From contig CBFFRP010000436.1 in assembly GCA_965644295.1 (NCBI GenBank), positions 25,160 to 89,159 on the forward strand: a stretch of 64,000 nt of DNA, written 5' to 3'. Positions 23,390 through 36,017 of the stretch are shown here, in pieces. The notes below the pieces were generated by a model. It ran no database searches. It saw nothing but the letters and a program-made list of their open reading frames with translations, and had not been told where the DNA came from. Position 1 is the stretch's first letter, and each line of letters starts with the position of its first letter. The position numbers and the translations under genes were made by a program. Origin of the DNA: Paraphysomonas bandaiensis. Taxonomy: Eukaryota > Protista > Chrysophyceae.

Positions 23390-25048
23390 ATGATGAAGCT
23401 CAGGACCACCTCGCGCAGTACGCTGGCATTAGCTTGTCGACGCAATAAGTCTTGTCGATTTCTTTCCATTGACACCAACCTCATCGAGGACACAGAAACG
23501 TACTTTGACTTTAGACCGAAACGAGACAAGAACGAGACCGATTTCCTCGAGAGCTTGGCGAACTGTCGAGTTGAAGCCATTGGGGATGGCATCGATGTGA
23601 TTCGTATTAACAACAAGTTGGGAGTGCCATGGGAATGCTTGGGCCCACAGAAGTTGTTTGTAAGGGAGTTTTATCCTGACTTGTTGAGAGAAATAAGGAA
23701 ACATAAGAGAAGTGTTCTCATTGGAAACCCTGGAATTGGCAAATCCTTTTTCCAGTATTATTACCTGGCTCGAATACTGAATCCGTCATTGTTCGGCCCC
23801 CTTCCTCCTGACTGCTACGGCTCCACCACCCCGCCGAAGATAGTCATCCGCCAGGAGGGCACTTCTACCATGACAATATTCGACATTGCCAATCGCCAAG
23901 CAGAGAGAGTTGATGGTTGTCCAGGTACACTTCTGGACTGTTTTGATCCAGAAACGTCATTATATTTGATGGAACCTGGTAAAGCTGTGGTGGAACCCTA
24001 TTCTGCAAGACTTCGCTTTCCCACTTTGGCCACCGTACCTCCGAATCTGGCCCGATATAAGCAATTCTGCAAGCACGGAGGAATAGCACTGTACATGCCT
24101 GTTTTCACTCTTCGGGAGTTACTTGCGATTGGGAAGTATTTGCTGGAGAACGAGCATGTGCCGGAGTTGCTGCAGCCTGAGTATTCTTCTGAGCAGATCA
24201 CGAAGCGCTTTCACCAATTTGGGGGTATTTTCCGCCATGTGCTGCCGGTATCTCTCGCTTATCTTGATATGTGTCGACGTAGTCAGTCCAAGGCAATAGG
24301 TTCGTGTAATGCACGTGCACTCCTGATCTCCGGCGATATTGAGAGAGCAGACGTCAGTCATTTCATCATGCAATATGACGTGGAGAGGGATGGCGAATTT
24401 TCCTTTCGCAGATATCGCTTGAACTTCGTGAACGAGTCCGTCGCATCTCAAGTTCAAGATAAGCTTAACAAGGGCTCTCTGAGCGACAGGAGATCAGCGC
24501 TGATTCGAAATGACATGACAGGATTTATGGCGGATGCATCTGCTAAGATCTATGAAAGTGTCATTGCGGATCAATTGACATCTGGCGTGCGATGGAGAAA
24601 ACGGGAAGTGATCGCCAGCTCAGAGGGGAAAGTAAGTGAATGGTCCAATTTCTCGTTGAGGTTGAATGAAGCGATTAAGGGGCCCCCTCCTCCGTTCGAG
24701 AAAATGCGGCCACTGGTGCTGTACGTGCCTTCGAATCCGACCTTTCCATTGGTTGAATACATGTACAAGACGGAGCAGGGGGAATTGGTTATGTTTCAGG
24801 TCACCAGAAACAAGTCTGCAAAGAAGATTATCAAGGGGAGTGCTTTGGAGCAGTTATTGGACAAGATTAAACTTCCCGTCGACAAGGTATCGCTGCTGAG
24901 GTTAGTTCTCATCCCATTGCCGTCGCTGGCACAAAGCGCACGATTCGAAGTAGCCGAGGAGGACAAGATCCTAATGAATGCGGCGCTGGAAAATGGTTAT
25001 GAAGTCTGGCATATTCCCAGTGATTATTTGAGCTATTTCGCGGAATGA
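23390..25048 (+). CDS. Crinkler/RHS-type NTPase+REase protein, copy 2
   Basis: Near-identical to 16633-18291. The duplication spans ~16580-18775 versus ~23338-25530. Confidence 0.8.
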   Translation: MMKLRTTSRSTLALACRRNKSCRFLSIDTNLIEDTETYFDFRPKRDKNETDFLESLANCRVEAIGDGIDVIRINNKLGVPWECLGPQKLFVREFYPDLLREIRKHKRSVLIGNPGIGKSFFQYYYLARILNPSLFGPLPPDCYGSTTPPKIVIRQEGTSTMTIFDIANRQAERVDGCPGTLLDCFDPETSLYLMEPGKAVVEPYSARLRFPTLATVPPNLARYKQFCKHGGIALYMPVFTLRELLAIGKYLLENEHVPELLQPEYSSEQITKRFHQFGGIFRHVLPVSLAYLDMCRRSQSKAIGSCNARALLISGDIERADVSHFIMQYDVERDGEFSFRRYRLNFVNESVASQVQDKLNKGSLSDRRSALIRNDMTGFMADASAKIYESVIADQLTSGVRWRKREVIASSEGKVSEWSNFSLRLNEAIKGPPPPFEKMRPLVLYVPSNPTFPLVEYMYKTEQGELVMFQVTRNKSAKKIIKGSALEQLLDKIKLPVDKVSLLRLVLIPLPSLAQSARFEVAEEDKILMNAALENGYEVWHIPSDYLSYFAE

Positions 25049-26933
25049 GAAGGAACTATAGCAGTATTAGTGACAGTGACTTTAAGTCTTGTGCCATCAT
25101 CATCACAGCAAGTGCGCCTGCCTGCCTGCGGCTGAGGGGTCCACTGTGACCTGTGTATGTGTATCTCATATCTATCATGCTAGTGACGTTGTCTACTTAT
25201 TACTGTCATACATAAGAATAGCAAGTTATATTATATGGTATACACAACTCTTGTGATTCAACTAATAAGCAACTTTGTACCACGCACTAGCTACTTCTCT
25301 CATGCATACATAATAGGTATTATCCGGAATCCGCCCGGACCCTTAATATCAAATAATCTCCCTTCTGCCCCCTGCTTTTTGCTTTTAATAGCGATGCATT
25401 GTTTGGCGCTTAGAGGTACGAGGTTTTTAAGTGCTTAAACCCAAGGTTGCTTTAATCTGCCTTGCATTGTTGCCCGCTTATTAGCCTAGTTTTACTAATT
25501 ACTAATAATAAAGAGAAGGCACTGTGACTCAGGCTTGCGTAACCATTAATGGTAATGGCCATAAAAGTGGGGGAGTGATGTAGTGCCCATTTTCAGATGA
25601 TTAAGATCGTTGTAAGAGAATTTTAAGTTAGTCAAACTAGATAGATTACTTTATTATAATTGTATACACAATTGTGTGTGTTGTCATGTAACACATGTCA
25701 ACAACATGATAAATTATTCTTTCGTTCATGTCAACCACTGCTCAACTTCCGTATCTTGAATCGTCATGATATAATACTTCAGTTTCACAGTTATAGCTAT
25801 ATAGCACCTTTGACTATTGACTATGTATTACTGTTTTTCACATTGTATTTAACGTATTCTACAGGACTATCTTAGAGAACCATACGTATTCCAACATTAC
25901 TCCGGCAGCTTCTTAATTAATTTAGGTAGTAGGCTGCTCAAAGTGCATTTTAAATCCATAAAACAAGCAAGCTATCGCCATGAATCTCCTATATCCATAG
26001 ATACAAATAGTTGTTATATATAAGAATAGTCGCTGGTTTGTGATTTACTGTAAATCCTAAAATCACATAAAGTATGCTTATATTGTCTATTATAAAATTA
26101 TACGCCTAATGGCTGTGTATCGCCTTTTGAAAATAAAATTTGATTGCATCTAAAAATACTATAACGGCTATAATCGCTAGGTACAGCATTACTCACATAG
26201 CTAATTTTAGCACGAATTTCTTTTTTCTACTACTATAATGTATAATATTATTAATAAACATTATAAATATCGAATCTGACCGTATTGCAATTTATCTAAC
26301 ACTATAATAATATGCCATATACATATGAAGTGGCAGTGTGTAACATGCAAACGTTAATATACACAAAATTAATTAAGTGAATATAAAAGACAATGTTATC
26401 ACGCATTGCATCAATAACAGATCCTCCAGACAGCATAATATAATAATTAATAATCTGCTACGATATACATTCACGTCCATTGAACAACAAACAGGACATT
26501 TCTACCAGTACCGACAACGAGGTTTACTCGCGTTATGTGCTCATGTCCAGGAGTCGTGCCTTACAAGGTACCAGACAGCCGGTCTGTTATTGAGCACCTA
26601 CTTCATAAGAAGAGCACCACGAATGCCGCCATATTCATACAATGAGACGCCTCTTCATTGATAGTCATATATAATCATAATGTCATACGGTCATGTAGGC
26701 ATATAGCCATATACGCATATAGGCAGGTCTGTTGCAGAGAGAGCTCAAGTGCAACCTATATGTGCAGTCTCATCTACCCACAGCATACAATCTCAATAAG
26801 CCGCATTTCTTCTATAGATAAGACAGCTGAGGTGTGCAACTCAGAGCTAGTTATTGTACGATAAGCATATGAAGATGCGTGTATATATACATGTGACTAT
26901 GATACATGAGTGCGTGTATACAGCAATATACCA

Positions 26934-27055
26934 CCGTATCGGCATTCTTTGTATATTTTTGTTGCAAGGTGCCTCTAATATTGAGACAATAATTATCTGT
27001 ATTACAGCCGTAGTTGTACTGCAGTTATATAGAATATTTTTGTTTCAATTTGATG
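26934..27055 (+). repeat. Terminal-repeat arm overlapping the 5' end of the 899-aa ORF
   Basis: CCGTATCGGCATTCTTTGTATATTTTTGTTGCAAGGTGCCTCTAATATTGAGACAATAATTATCTGTATTACAGCCGTAG. Confidence 0.8.
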
Positions 27056-27090
27056 CAGCAAACCCTTTTAAACAGTCCCTCTATTTGGAG

Positions 27091-29553
27091 ATGATGCCTT
27101 CGGTTGGGAATGATACTTTCCACACAAAAATTTGGAATCAACTTGAGTGCGCTTTCGATGCCGGTCATCAGAGTGGAAAATTAATAGCTTTGCTTCTAGG
27201 GGTATCTGGCGTAGGGAAAACAAAAACTGCTTATGACATTGGAAAGAAAAATGCATTCGCAATTATAACGAGAATAGTGGAACGTGACACCTTAACAATG
27301 CCATGGCAAACTTTTAGCAGTATACTGAACAACGTTGTAGTTTTGGGAAATCCCAGCCTCAGTGAGAAATGTTCTCTTGTGACTTGTCTCCAATTTGCAC
27401 TTGATGTGTCAATTTCTGCTGCCAAACTCGATGCTTTCAAAAATCTGGTTGAAAATCGACAGCACAGAGGAGAGTGCGACACAAACGAAGCGACCGATTT
27501 GGTAATGAAAGAAGTTGTGTTGAGATGTCAGCGCAACGGGTTGGCCTATTCGCAAGTTAACACTCGCTTCCAGAAACTGCTCCATGAGGCGCTTCGCCAA
27601 ACGGGCTTTATTACTAAAGACGGTGTGTTCGCTGTGCAGTTGTCGTATGTGACAGATATTCTTCTCAAAGAAGTAACCAGAGCCCGGAAAGTTTGGGGAG
27701 AAACGTCCAAAATTGTATGGTTCTACGACGAAATTCAAGCATCCTTGACTATGATTTGTTCTGATCAGAATTTATTTGCTGGTGTGTTCAAGTCCCTTAT
27801 AGGTAGTCATGTGCCACCCGACACTCCAATTGAAGACGATCGCCCGCACTGCAATTTATTTTATGGCATATTAGTTGCCATTCGGATAATGCTGCAGGTA
27901 GTCTCACACGGCCATGTTTTGTTAGGAAATAATATGAAATTATCCCCTGAACTACTTGATCGGAATTCTCCGGCACAGGGCTGCTGTGTATCATATGAAG
28001 AAAAGTTCCACCTAGATGAAGGGGCAATATTGAAAATGCTTGGTACATATCTCACTGACGCCGCTGTTGCTGCGGTTAGTCGTTCCCAGGTACGCTTGCT
28101 TTGCGGCCGACCTCTCTTCATATCCCATTTTTGGACCTGTATGATTAGTTCTGCACGTAAATTAACTGATAAATTTTTTGACATTGGTGAAGTGGTAAAT
28201 AATGCATTGCACTTGGCCTATGACAGCGCTATAGTTGACGCAAAATTCCGGATTGATCGAATGTGGAGCGACTATACTCCATCTGTTCATTCTGCTAGTA
28301 ACATTCGCGGCCTAATGGCTCTGCTTTATCATTCCATTGTCATGAATTCTGGTGGTGGTGGAGTCCAAAAAATGCAAGAAGAACTGAAAGAGGCAATTGT
28401 GCGTGGTATTCTTAACTGCATTGGCAATGAAGACTTAGTTTCACTTGAAGGTGAACCGATCACGAAGCGCGCTTTTATGCTGGTTGGTCATCAACGACTT
28501 GTGCAGAAGACTGATGGGATAATGGAATTGCTCGCGGCGAGAGTAACTATGCCAATGGGATCTGAAAGGTGTGATTTTGGGGAAGTTCTTGAAGCTTGTT
28601 TTCCTTGGTACCTTGTTCGAGAGTGCATTATTGCCGCTAAACCGGTTTGTTTAAGAAGTCTACTAACCCCTTTCCTGACAGCACATGCATCCTGTGAACT
28701 ATTCGCGGATAGACTAGAGGATTATGACGTAATTTTAAATTGTGGGCTTCGATGGGATTCTGATGACCATGACCATTCTCCATTATCCACTCTGAAAACG
28801 AACCCAGACTGCTTAATTCATCACCCCAATGACAATATGGCTGGCCCCGATACCATGCATGTTGCGATAGATCGACGCAACCGGAAACGCACAGTTCCCG
28901 TTTTCTATCAGCTCAAAAATAGACAAACTGGTACAATATCCGGGGCAATGGAGTCATTGAACCTTGGTCGCATGCATCCAAATAGATATGGAGTCATCGA
29001 AACCGCAGCCCATTGCTCGATGCGAGGGGTGCTTGAAGCGGATAGTAATTGGCTAGAACCCATCCGAGTATTGGTTACATGCAAGCCCTTCGAATCTGCT
29101 GTGCTACATCATGTTGCTTGGTTTAATATTCACCAGTTGAAGCGCAGTCCGATTATATTACTCACAGTTAATAAGCGAAATTTAGGTGTCGATATTATGC
29201 AGGAGACAAATACCACCTATTGTGCGCCTCGGGATTGGAAAATCTTGTGGCCCACTCCCGTAAAGCACTCGAATTTACAATGTCCCGTCGAGAGTATACA
29301 ATCTAATTGCAGCAAAGTTTCTCTTTCGGTTAAAATTAGTTGGAAGCTGCTCCCGCTTCAGAGGATGACGAAATCAATAATTTTGGATGCAGTTAGTGAG
29401 CAATTTGACAGAGCCGAAGTTACAAACGCTGTTAGGTCGAGGACTTCCCATTCCGTCACAATAACGTTTGCTCGAATAGTTGATGCGTTTAAAATTGTAT
29501 ACACTAAAAAATTTCGCATCGGTGATAAGGAAATGTTTTGTGAGTTCGCATAA
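27091..29553 (+). CDS. Second-family CR-type protein: P-loop NTPase + C-terminal REase-like domain (true start uncertain)
   Basis: LLGVSGVGKT (Walker A), WFYDEIQ (Walker B), L.GRP.F, and HP.DNMAGPD...FYQLK (PD-(D/E)xK-like). The ORF-track N-terminus is repeat-derived. Confidence 0.7.
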   Translation: MMPSVGNDTFHTKIWNQLECAFDAGHQSGKLIALLLGVSGVGKTKTAYDIGKKNAFAIITRIVERDTLTMPWQTFSSILNNVVVLGNPSLSEKCSLVTCLQFALDVSISAAKLDAFKNLVENRQHRGECDTNEATDLVMKEVVLRCQRNGLAYSQVNTRFQKLLHEALRQTGFITKDGVFAVQLSYVTDILLKEVTRARKVWGETSKIVWFYDEIQASLTMICSDQNLFAGVFKSLIGSHVPPDTPIEDDRPHCNLFYGILVAIRIMLQVVSHGHVLLGNNMKLSPELLDRNSPAQGCCVSYEEKFHLDEGAILKMLGTYLTDAAVAAVSRSQVRLLCGRPLFISHFWTCMISSARKLTDKFFDIGEVVNNALHLAYDSAIVDAKFRIDRMWSDYTPSVHSASNIRGLMALLYHSIVMNSGGGGVQKMQEELKEAIVRGILNCIGNEDLVSLEGEPITKRAFMLVGHQRLVQKTDGIMELLAARVTMPMGSERCDFGEVLEACFPWYLVRECIIAAKPVCLRSLLTPFLTAHASCELFADRLEDYDVILNCGLRWDSDDHDHSPLSTLKTNPDCLIHHPNDNMAGPDTMHVAIDRRNRKRTVPVFYQLKNRQTGTISGAMESLNLGRMHPNRYGVIETAAHCSMRGVLEADSNWLEPIRVLVTCKPFESAVLHHVAWFNIHQLKRSPIILLTVNKRNLGVDIMQETNTTYCAPRDWKILWPTPVKHSNLQCPVESIQSNCSKVSLSVKISWKLLPLQRMTKSIILDAVSEQFDRAEVTNAVRSRTSHSVTITFARIVDAFKIVYTKKFRIGDKEMFCEFA

Positions 29554-30023
29554 AGAAATATACCTTGCTCATTTCAATTGCACATATATATTAAAAGTCT
29601 GTTTATTTATCAATAGGCGTTATAAACCTGCACCAACTTAGTAGCTAGTGAATGCTAGACAAACTAGTTAGAGCTCTGCCTGTAACTAATCAGTACAAAC
29701 TTTTTTTATCCTACTATTTGACGCTACGGAAGCTGTTTGTGCGTCGCCGCAAGGTGCGATCACTTCCGCTCTGAGTTCTTAAGGTGAACTTCCCGGATGC
29801 TTGACTTCAGCAGGCAGCCCAACACCCCCGTTACCCTTAAGGTGGGCCCTGTCCCGGATGCCCTTGAGGTGGGCCCATTCCCGGGTGCCTGTTTATATTG
29901 AACTACAACCAACTCCTACGTGCGTACTTGAAGCTTAGTAAAGCCTATCGCTAGTAGCTATGCTGTATTCTATGTAGCAATGAAATATAGAATATACATG
30001 ACTACACTATAGGAGTAGCTATT

Positions 30024-30981
30024 GGGAAATATTATTCAACCTAGTCAAATTGGTTGAATTACCTAGTCACGCTATTTTTGGTGGAATAACCTAGTCAAAG
30101 TAATAAATGACTCAACCTAGTCAACGTTGGTATTCAACCTAGTCGTTCTTATATCCATTGATTACACACTGTGACTGTCTAAGATACCATCTCACACCAC
30201 ACAATATATTAGTGGCTTACAGAGCATCAAAACAAACACTCAAACATAACAATAAGCTCATATATACATATCTACATAACACAGATGTACGTGTATGTGT
30301 ATGTCTATCTAGCCTATCTGTAGCATGTATGCATATAGCGATGGGTCCCTGTGAGTGTTATGGGGAGGAGGGTCCATGAAGCTGTGGGCATAACTCACTC
30401 TATGATCCGCAGGACATCTTGAGATCTTCATATGCTGTGAGTGATGGCGCTCATCTTCCTTCACTTCAGAACTGAATGAATGACTTCGATTGCTGCATTG
30501 GCTTTCAGGGGTGCATAAATCTCCCTATTTTTAGTCCAACGGAAAAAAAGGAGGTTTTCAGGGAACAAACTTCTAAAAGCAGCATCATTGAAGTGGACTG
30601 TAGAGCAGCATCAGAACATCAGCATCATGAGTGTGTCATCAGTCTTACAGTATCATGAGTGTGTCAACATAGCATCATGAGTGTGTCATCAGTCTTACAC
30701 CGGACATGGTCACCAATTTCTCATTGGAATGCAACGTTATGATGTTATGTATTGCATGTATACAATATCTACATTTATCAATTGATGGATAGAGTATGCT
30801 CCCATGTTTGAATGAAAATTTTTATTTTTGACTAGGTGAATACCATAAAACCTAGTCATTGTAAACTGAAAATATGAATTATTAAATGACTAGGTTTTTC
30901 AACCGCTTGACTAGGTTTTTACACCAATTTTGGTGTGACTAGGAAATTACTCCAATTTGACTAGGTTCAATAATAGATCCC
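30024..30981. mobile_element. Non-autonomous Mutator-like element (MITE)
   Basis: 9-bp target duplication GTAGCTATT (30015-30023, 30982-30990), GGGA...TCCC termini, and long imperfect TIRs with repeated ACCTAGTCA motifs. Confidence 0.9.
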
Positions 30982-31639
30982 GTAGCTATTACAAGTATAC
31001 AAAGAAACTGAAAATGTAGTAGCTGTTAAAGATACGATTTGTAGAACAGAATGTTGATGTACCATCCCCACAACCGACCTACATTCTCATCTACACCTAG
31101 CCCCAACCATCCCCCGTCAAACACACGACACAGGCCCGCAAGACACATTGCCCAAAGGCAGACCCCCGACTAACCTCACTACAAGGGACGGTTGCACCAT
31201 GGTGCTCGCAGCGATGCACAAGCAGCCCCGAGACGGTTGCCCGCCACTAGTCGTATATAGCAAGCCCAGTTATTATAGTTAGTCTCTGAACACAACCGTT
31301 CTCATGTAATAGTCAGATATTCTTATATAAGAGATGGGTGTACATCGTATATTACATATTGCTATAGCATACATATCCACTTTCTTACAACTTATATCAT
31401 ATATTACTACAAGTGTTTATCAGATACTGTAATGTAGAGCTGTTTACTAACCCTTCATCAAGATGAAGGTACTGATGTCGATGAAAGATGGATGTATGTG
31501 AATCGTATATCACATAATGCTATATCATATCTACTGACAACTTATATACTATATACATATATACATACGGTGGTGCTTTAGCTAAGAAATTGTAGAGTTT
31601 GATATATACTACTTAAATTTAAAAAAGTGTCATTTGTCA

Positions 31640-32545
31640 ATTCCATACACATTTCAACTTGCAGATTGCATTGTACAAGCTACCGTACGAAACTGTATCC
31701 ATCTGCTTTACCTTTTGAACACTGACGCTATGATTCACCACAATTATATCCAGCGCACTAGAATATGTTTCATTACTAGTCTTTTTTGTCCGGTTTGTGT
31801 CGTTGCTCTTGAACAAGCATTGCATTCACCTTTCCAGTCACAATGTTCAATCATCAATCAAGCTACTGAATCAGGTCTACTCATTAAATTCCACATCAGT
31901 ACAAAATATGACCACATGAACTAGATTCAGGACCAACTGCCTGCAATAGCGCAGGGAACCATCAACATCATCTTCGTCGCTAAAATTTGTAGCAATTCAT
32001 TTTTAACGGACTTTTACCCTCTTCTGTTTACATGAGTCCTTTCTTCTTCAGTTCATTGATGTCTTTCTCGTAGCCATCTATAGCCTGGATTTGTTCTACC
32101 TCTAAGTCCACGTCCAGCTTCGTATTTCTTAAGGTATATAACTAGACGATGGGGCTTCTATATCCCTTAATGTCGGATCTACTAGGGGGGTCAGGTTCAC
32201 CTTCTGGAATGTCATCTGGGGCCCTTAGCTTCCCTCTTTCGCTCCTTCGTGAGCCGGTGTGAACAGATGGCCGAAGTACTCAAGAGAGATGTCTTTCGGG
32301 AATGGAATCTTCAAATTTTCATCATCATCAGAGCTTCAGGGTACGCTGTTATACACCACGCTACAATATGGCCAACCTTTTTCTTGTATGCTGCTTTCAT
32401 CTCTGCTTTAGTTCGTTTCTTCATATAGTCAGATACATTATCAGCATTGGAGTCAACAGATACAACACGCTGTCGGCGTACACGGCCACTTCCTCTTCAC
32501 CATTTAGGCAACTCTTCTTCCTTGTCTGAATCTGTCTCACTCATG
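31640..32545 (-). pseudogene. Second, decayed Crypton tyrosine recombinase
   Basis: Minus-strand translation gives IKGYRSPIV*LY...GYEKDINELKKKGLM*TEEGKSPL and FMWSYFVLMWNLMSRPDSVA*LMIEHCDWKGE, with stops and frameshifts. Confidence 0.8.
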
Positions 32546-32853
32546 TTTGCAGTAAGTATGGTCGAATATTGATATATGCCACTAACGGCTATGACGGTCA
32601 AGGAGAATAGTAGAATATTCTAACAGTGTTTTACAACTAATAAAGTGGCTATTTCCCTATAAAGTTGTAGTTTCCTCATATAAAAGTGCCGGTTTTTCTG
32701 TGAAAGGAAATATTTCACATACATGTATGCATGGAATATGATTATCTACTACAGTATATATTTGTCCATATTCGAGGCATATGTGAAACATTTCCTTTCA
32801 CAGGTGGGGTTTCTAGATGAGGAAAAAACCCACAGTGTTTCACATATGCAGTC

Positions 32854-33390
32854 CATACATACATACATACATACATACATACATACATACATACATACAT
32901 ACATACATACATACATACATACATACATACATACATACATACATACATACATACATACATACATACATACATACATACATACATACATACATACATACAT
33001 ACATCATACATACATACATACATACATACATACATACATTCATACATACATTCATACATACATACATACATACATACATACATACATACATACATACATA
33101 CATACATACATACATACATACATACATACATACATACATACATACATACATACATACATACATACATACATACATACATACATACATACATACATACATA
33201 CATACATACATACATACATACATACATACATACATACATACATACATACATACATACATACATACATACATACATACATACATACATACATACATACATA
33301 CATACATACATACATACATACATACATACATACATACATACATACATACATACATACATACATACATACATACATACATACATACATACA
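32854..33390. repeat. (TACA)n microsatellite, ~540 bp
   Basis: Direct inspection. Confidence 0.99.
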
Positions 33391-33476
33391 ATCGGAATAT
33401 ACATACATATCTTTAGCATTTCATTATTCACGTCTGTGTTTTACTTCTTATCATTCGAACTTCACTTCACTTCATC

Positions 33477-35381
33477 ATGTCTTCTGTAAACGAATCATCT
33501 CGCTATGGGAATGCTGGTCCTACTAAGCTAAACCCTGTAACAAATACCCAACCGGAAGGTTTGACTTTTACATATATATATATAAATTAATATTATTGTA
33601 ATATTATTTATATATAATCCTAAAAATCATGAGTTTTATATCTATATATCTTAATATCTATATATATATATACGTATAGTTGTATATATTAATTGATCTA
33701 ATATATATATACATATATATCACAGATATTCCACATATGATGAATGATTTACGTCAAGTATTTGCATCTGATAAAACAAGAAGTAAAGAATGGCGTAAAA
33801 ATCAATTACATGCATTTCTACGTATGTTAGATGAGGAAGGATCGTATTTATGTGAAGCTATGAGGAGTGATCTTCATAAGTCTCCATTAGAGGGATATCT
33901 CACTGAATTGGGTTTAGTGAAAGCTGAATGTGAAACAGCATTAGAGTGTTTAGATGACTGGATGACACCAAAGAAGACATCGAATAGTGCTTTAAATATA
34001 CCTGCATGGAGTACTACACAAAGAGATCCACTTGGTGTTGTACTTGTTATGGGAGCATGGTATGATCTCTCTTGTATATGTGTATGTGTGTATTGAGACC
34101 CTCTTGGAGTTGTATTTTCAGTAATATTGATTGTGCAGGAACTATCCGATGCAGTTGACTCTTGCTCCTATCATCGGCGCTATTGCTGGTGGGAATTGTA
34201 TCGTCATAAAGCCTGGAAGTTATGCAGTAGCTTCATCTCACGCTTTGGCCATTGCTATTTCAAAACACTTGGATAGAGAATGCATACGTGTTGTAGAAGG
34301 AAATCGCGAAATGACTGGGGCTCTGCTGAATGAGACTTTTGAGACAATTTTTTTCACTGGCAGTGCTTTTGTTGGCAAGATTGTGGCCGAAGCTGCTGCA
34401 CGGCACCTTCGACCCTGTGTCTTGGAGTTGGGTGGGAAAAGCCCAACCATTGTAGACAAGAGTGCTAATCTGGATCATGCTGTCAAGCGTATTGTGTGGG
34501 GGACCTTTATTAACGGGGGTCAGACCTGTGTGCGCCCAGATTTTGTGATGGTACACGCTAGTGTGGCTGATCGTTTCTTTGAGCTATGCAAGCGATATGT
34601 GAAAGAGTTCTACGGAGAGAATGCTCAGACCACTGAGTGGTTTGGGAGATGTATTAATGACGGTGCGTTCAAGCGATTGAATGGCCTTCTTGAGGACTCG
34701 AAAAATCATGTGGTATGTGGGGGCAAGGCCGACGCATCGGATAAATATATATCACCCACTGTGCTAGACTTTGGGTCAGATATTGCTGCCTTTGGCAAAA
34801 CATCGATTATGCAAGATGAAATATTTGGACCCCTTCTACCTTGTGTTCGGTATACTGATACTGAGGACGTGATACGATTTATCCGATCACTGAACACTGG
34901 CAAACCCTTGGCATTATATTGCTTCTCAACTGATTCAAGGTTCATTCAGCAGATAAAACTGCGAACAACATCAGGTGGACTAGTCATCAATGATTGTCTT
35001 ATGCATCTTGCCAACCACGAACTTCCCTTTGGAGGTGTCGGGAATAGTGGTATGGGTGCTTATCATGGTGAGAGATCGTTTAATGCGTTTACACATGAGA
35101 AAGCTGTTCTTGAAAAGAGCCCTATGTTGGACCAGAGCATATTCTTGAAGCCATTGTTGGATGCTCGCTTTCCCCCATACACACCTCTTAAGGCAAGTCT
35201 TGTCAAATTGTTTAGCCTCCACTGGGTAGGCAAGGCGGTCAATATCCCAATCCCTTTATTCAGAATGTCTATCAAGCTTCTGTTGGCTTACGCGGCGTTT
35301 AAAGCCCTTGGGTTCAGCGTAACCCATGAGGATAACGACTTCAGCCGAACTATCCGCTCCCTGTTTATGGGGGAACTCTAA
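33477..35381 (+). CDS. Aldehyde dehydrogenase, ALDH3/fatty-aldehyde type (exons ~33477-33558, 33726-34059, 34139-35381)
   Basis: PLGVVLVMGAW|NYP across a GT-AG intron, FFTGS, LELGGKSP, GQTCVRPD, EIFGP, LPFGGVGNSGMGAYHG; hydrophobic C-terminus. Confidence 0.93.
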
Positions 35382-36017
35382 TCGGCCCACTTTTGCGGGC
35401 GTTGTCAGTCGCAGTAGTTATACCTGATCTTATATAGCGGATTTACTGTGCTGTCATCGTATTGTGAATCACGTGAAAGTGATTGTGTAGGCTGCTATTG
35501 TGTATCTGACATGCAATTTTCACGCAGCAAAGAGTTAAGGCTGTACGCTGCATATAACTTGTCTAGATCTGCTGCGTTGATCTTCTTGATATTGGTGTGC
35601 TACTCTTTTAATTAATGAATTACTGTTATCTCTACCGAGATGTTTAGCATGGCATCAAAAATTAAGACATACACCTGTGCACCTACTGTACTTGAAGAAC
35701 TTTACAATAGAGATATCGACGACAGTTCCTACTTAAGTTATAGTAGAATTTTAAAATCTATAGTACTAATCAATTTTAGTACAGTAAAATCACGAATAAA
35801 ACAGTGTACTATTCCCTAATATAATTCTGACAGTATCATCCGTGTAACATCTTGTGACTTCTCTCTCAATAGGACGCAGTGTATACAGAGTTCATTGATT
35901 GAGATGAGCTATACACTTCATAGCACTACCGGCTTGAATAAAACCCAATTCTGTAACAAAGCACAATGGAAGTTCTGCCACAAAAAAACAAGGAGGCGGG
36001 AAAAAGAGGCAAGCCCT

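Noticed and set aside
26854-27090. Hydrophobic N-terminus of the 899-aa ORF as a signal or TM segment
   Set aside because: It is read through the transposon terminal-repeat arm and is probably not part of the protein.
32723-33526. Long ORFs of YIHT/MYVC repeats (also 44419-45777)
   Set aside because: Translations of TACA microsatellites, which lack stop codons; not genes.
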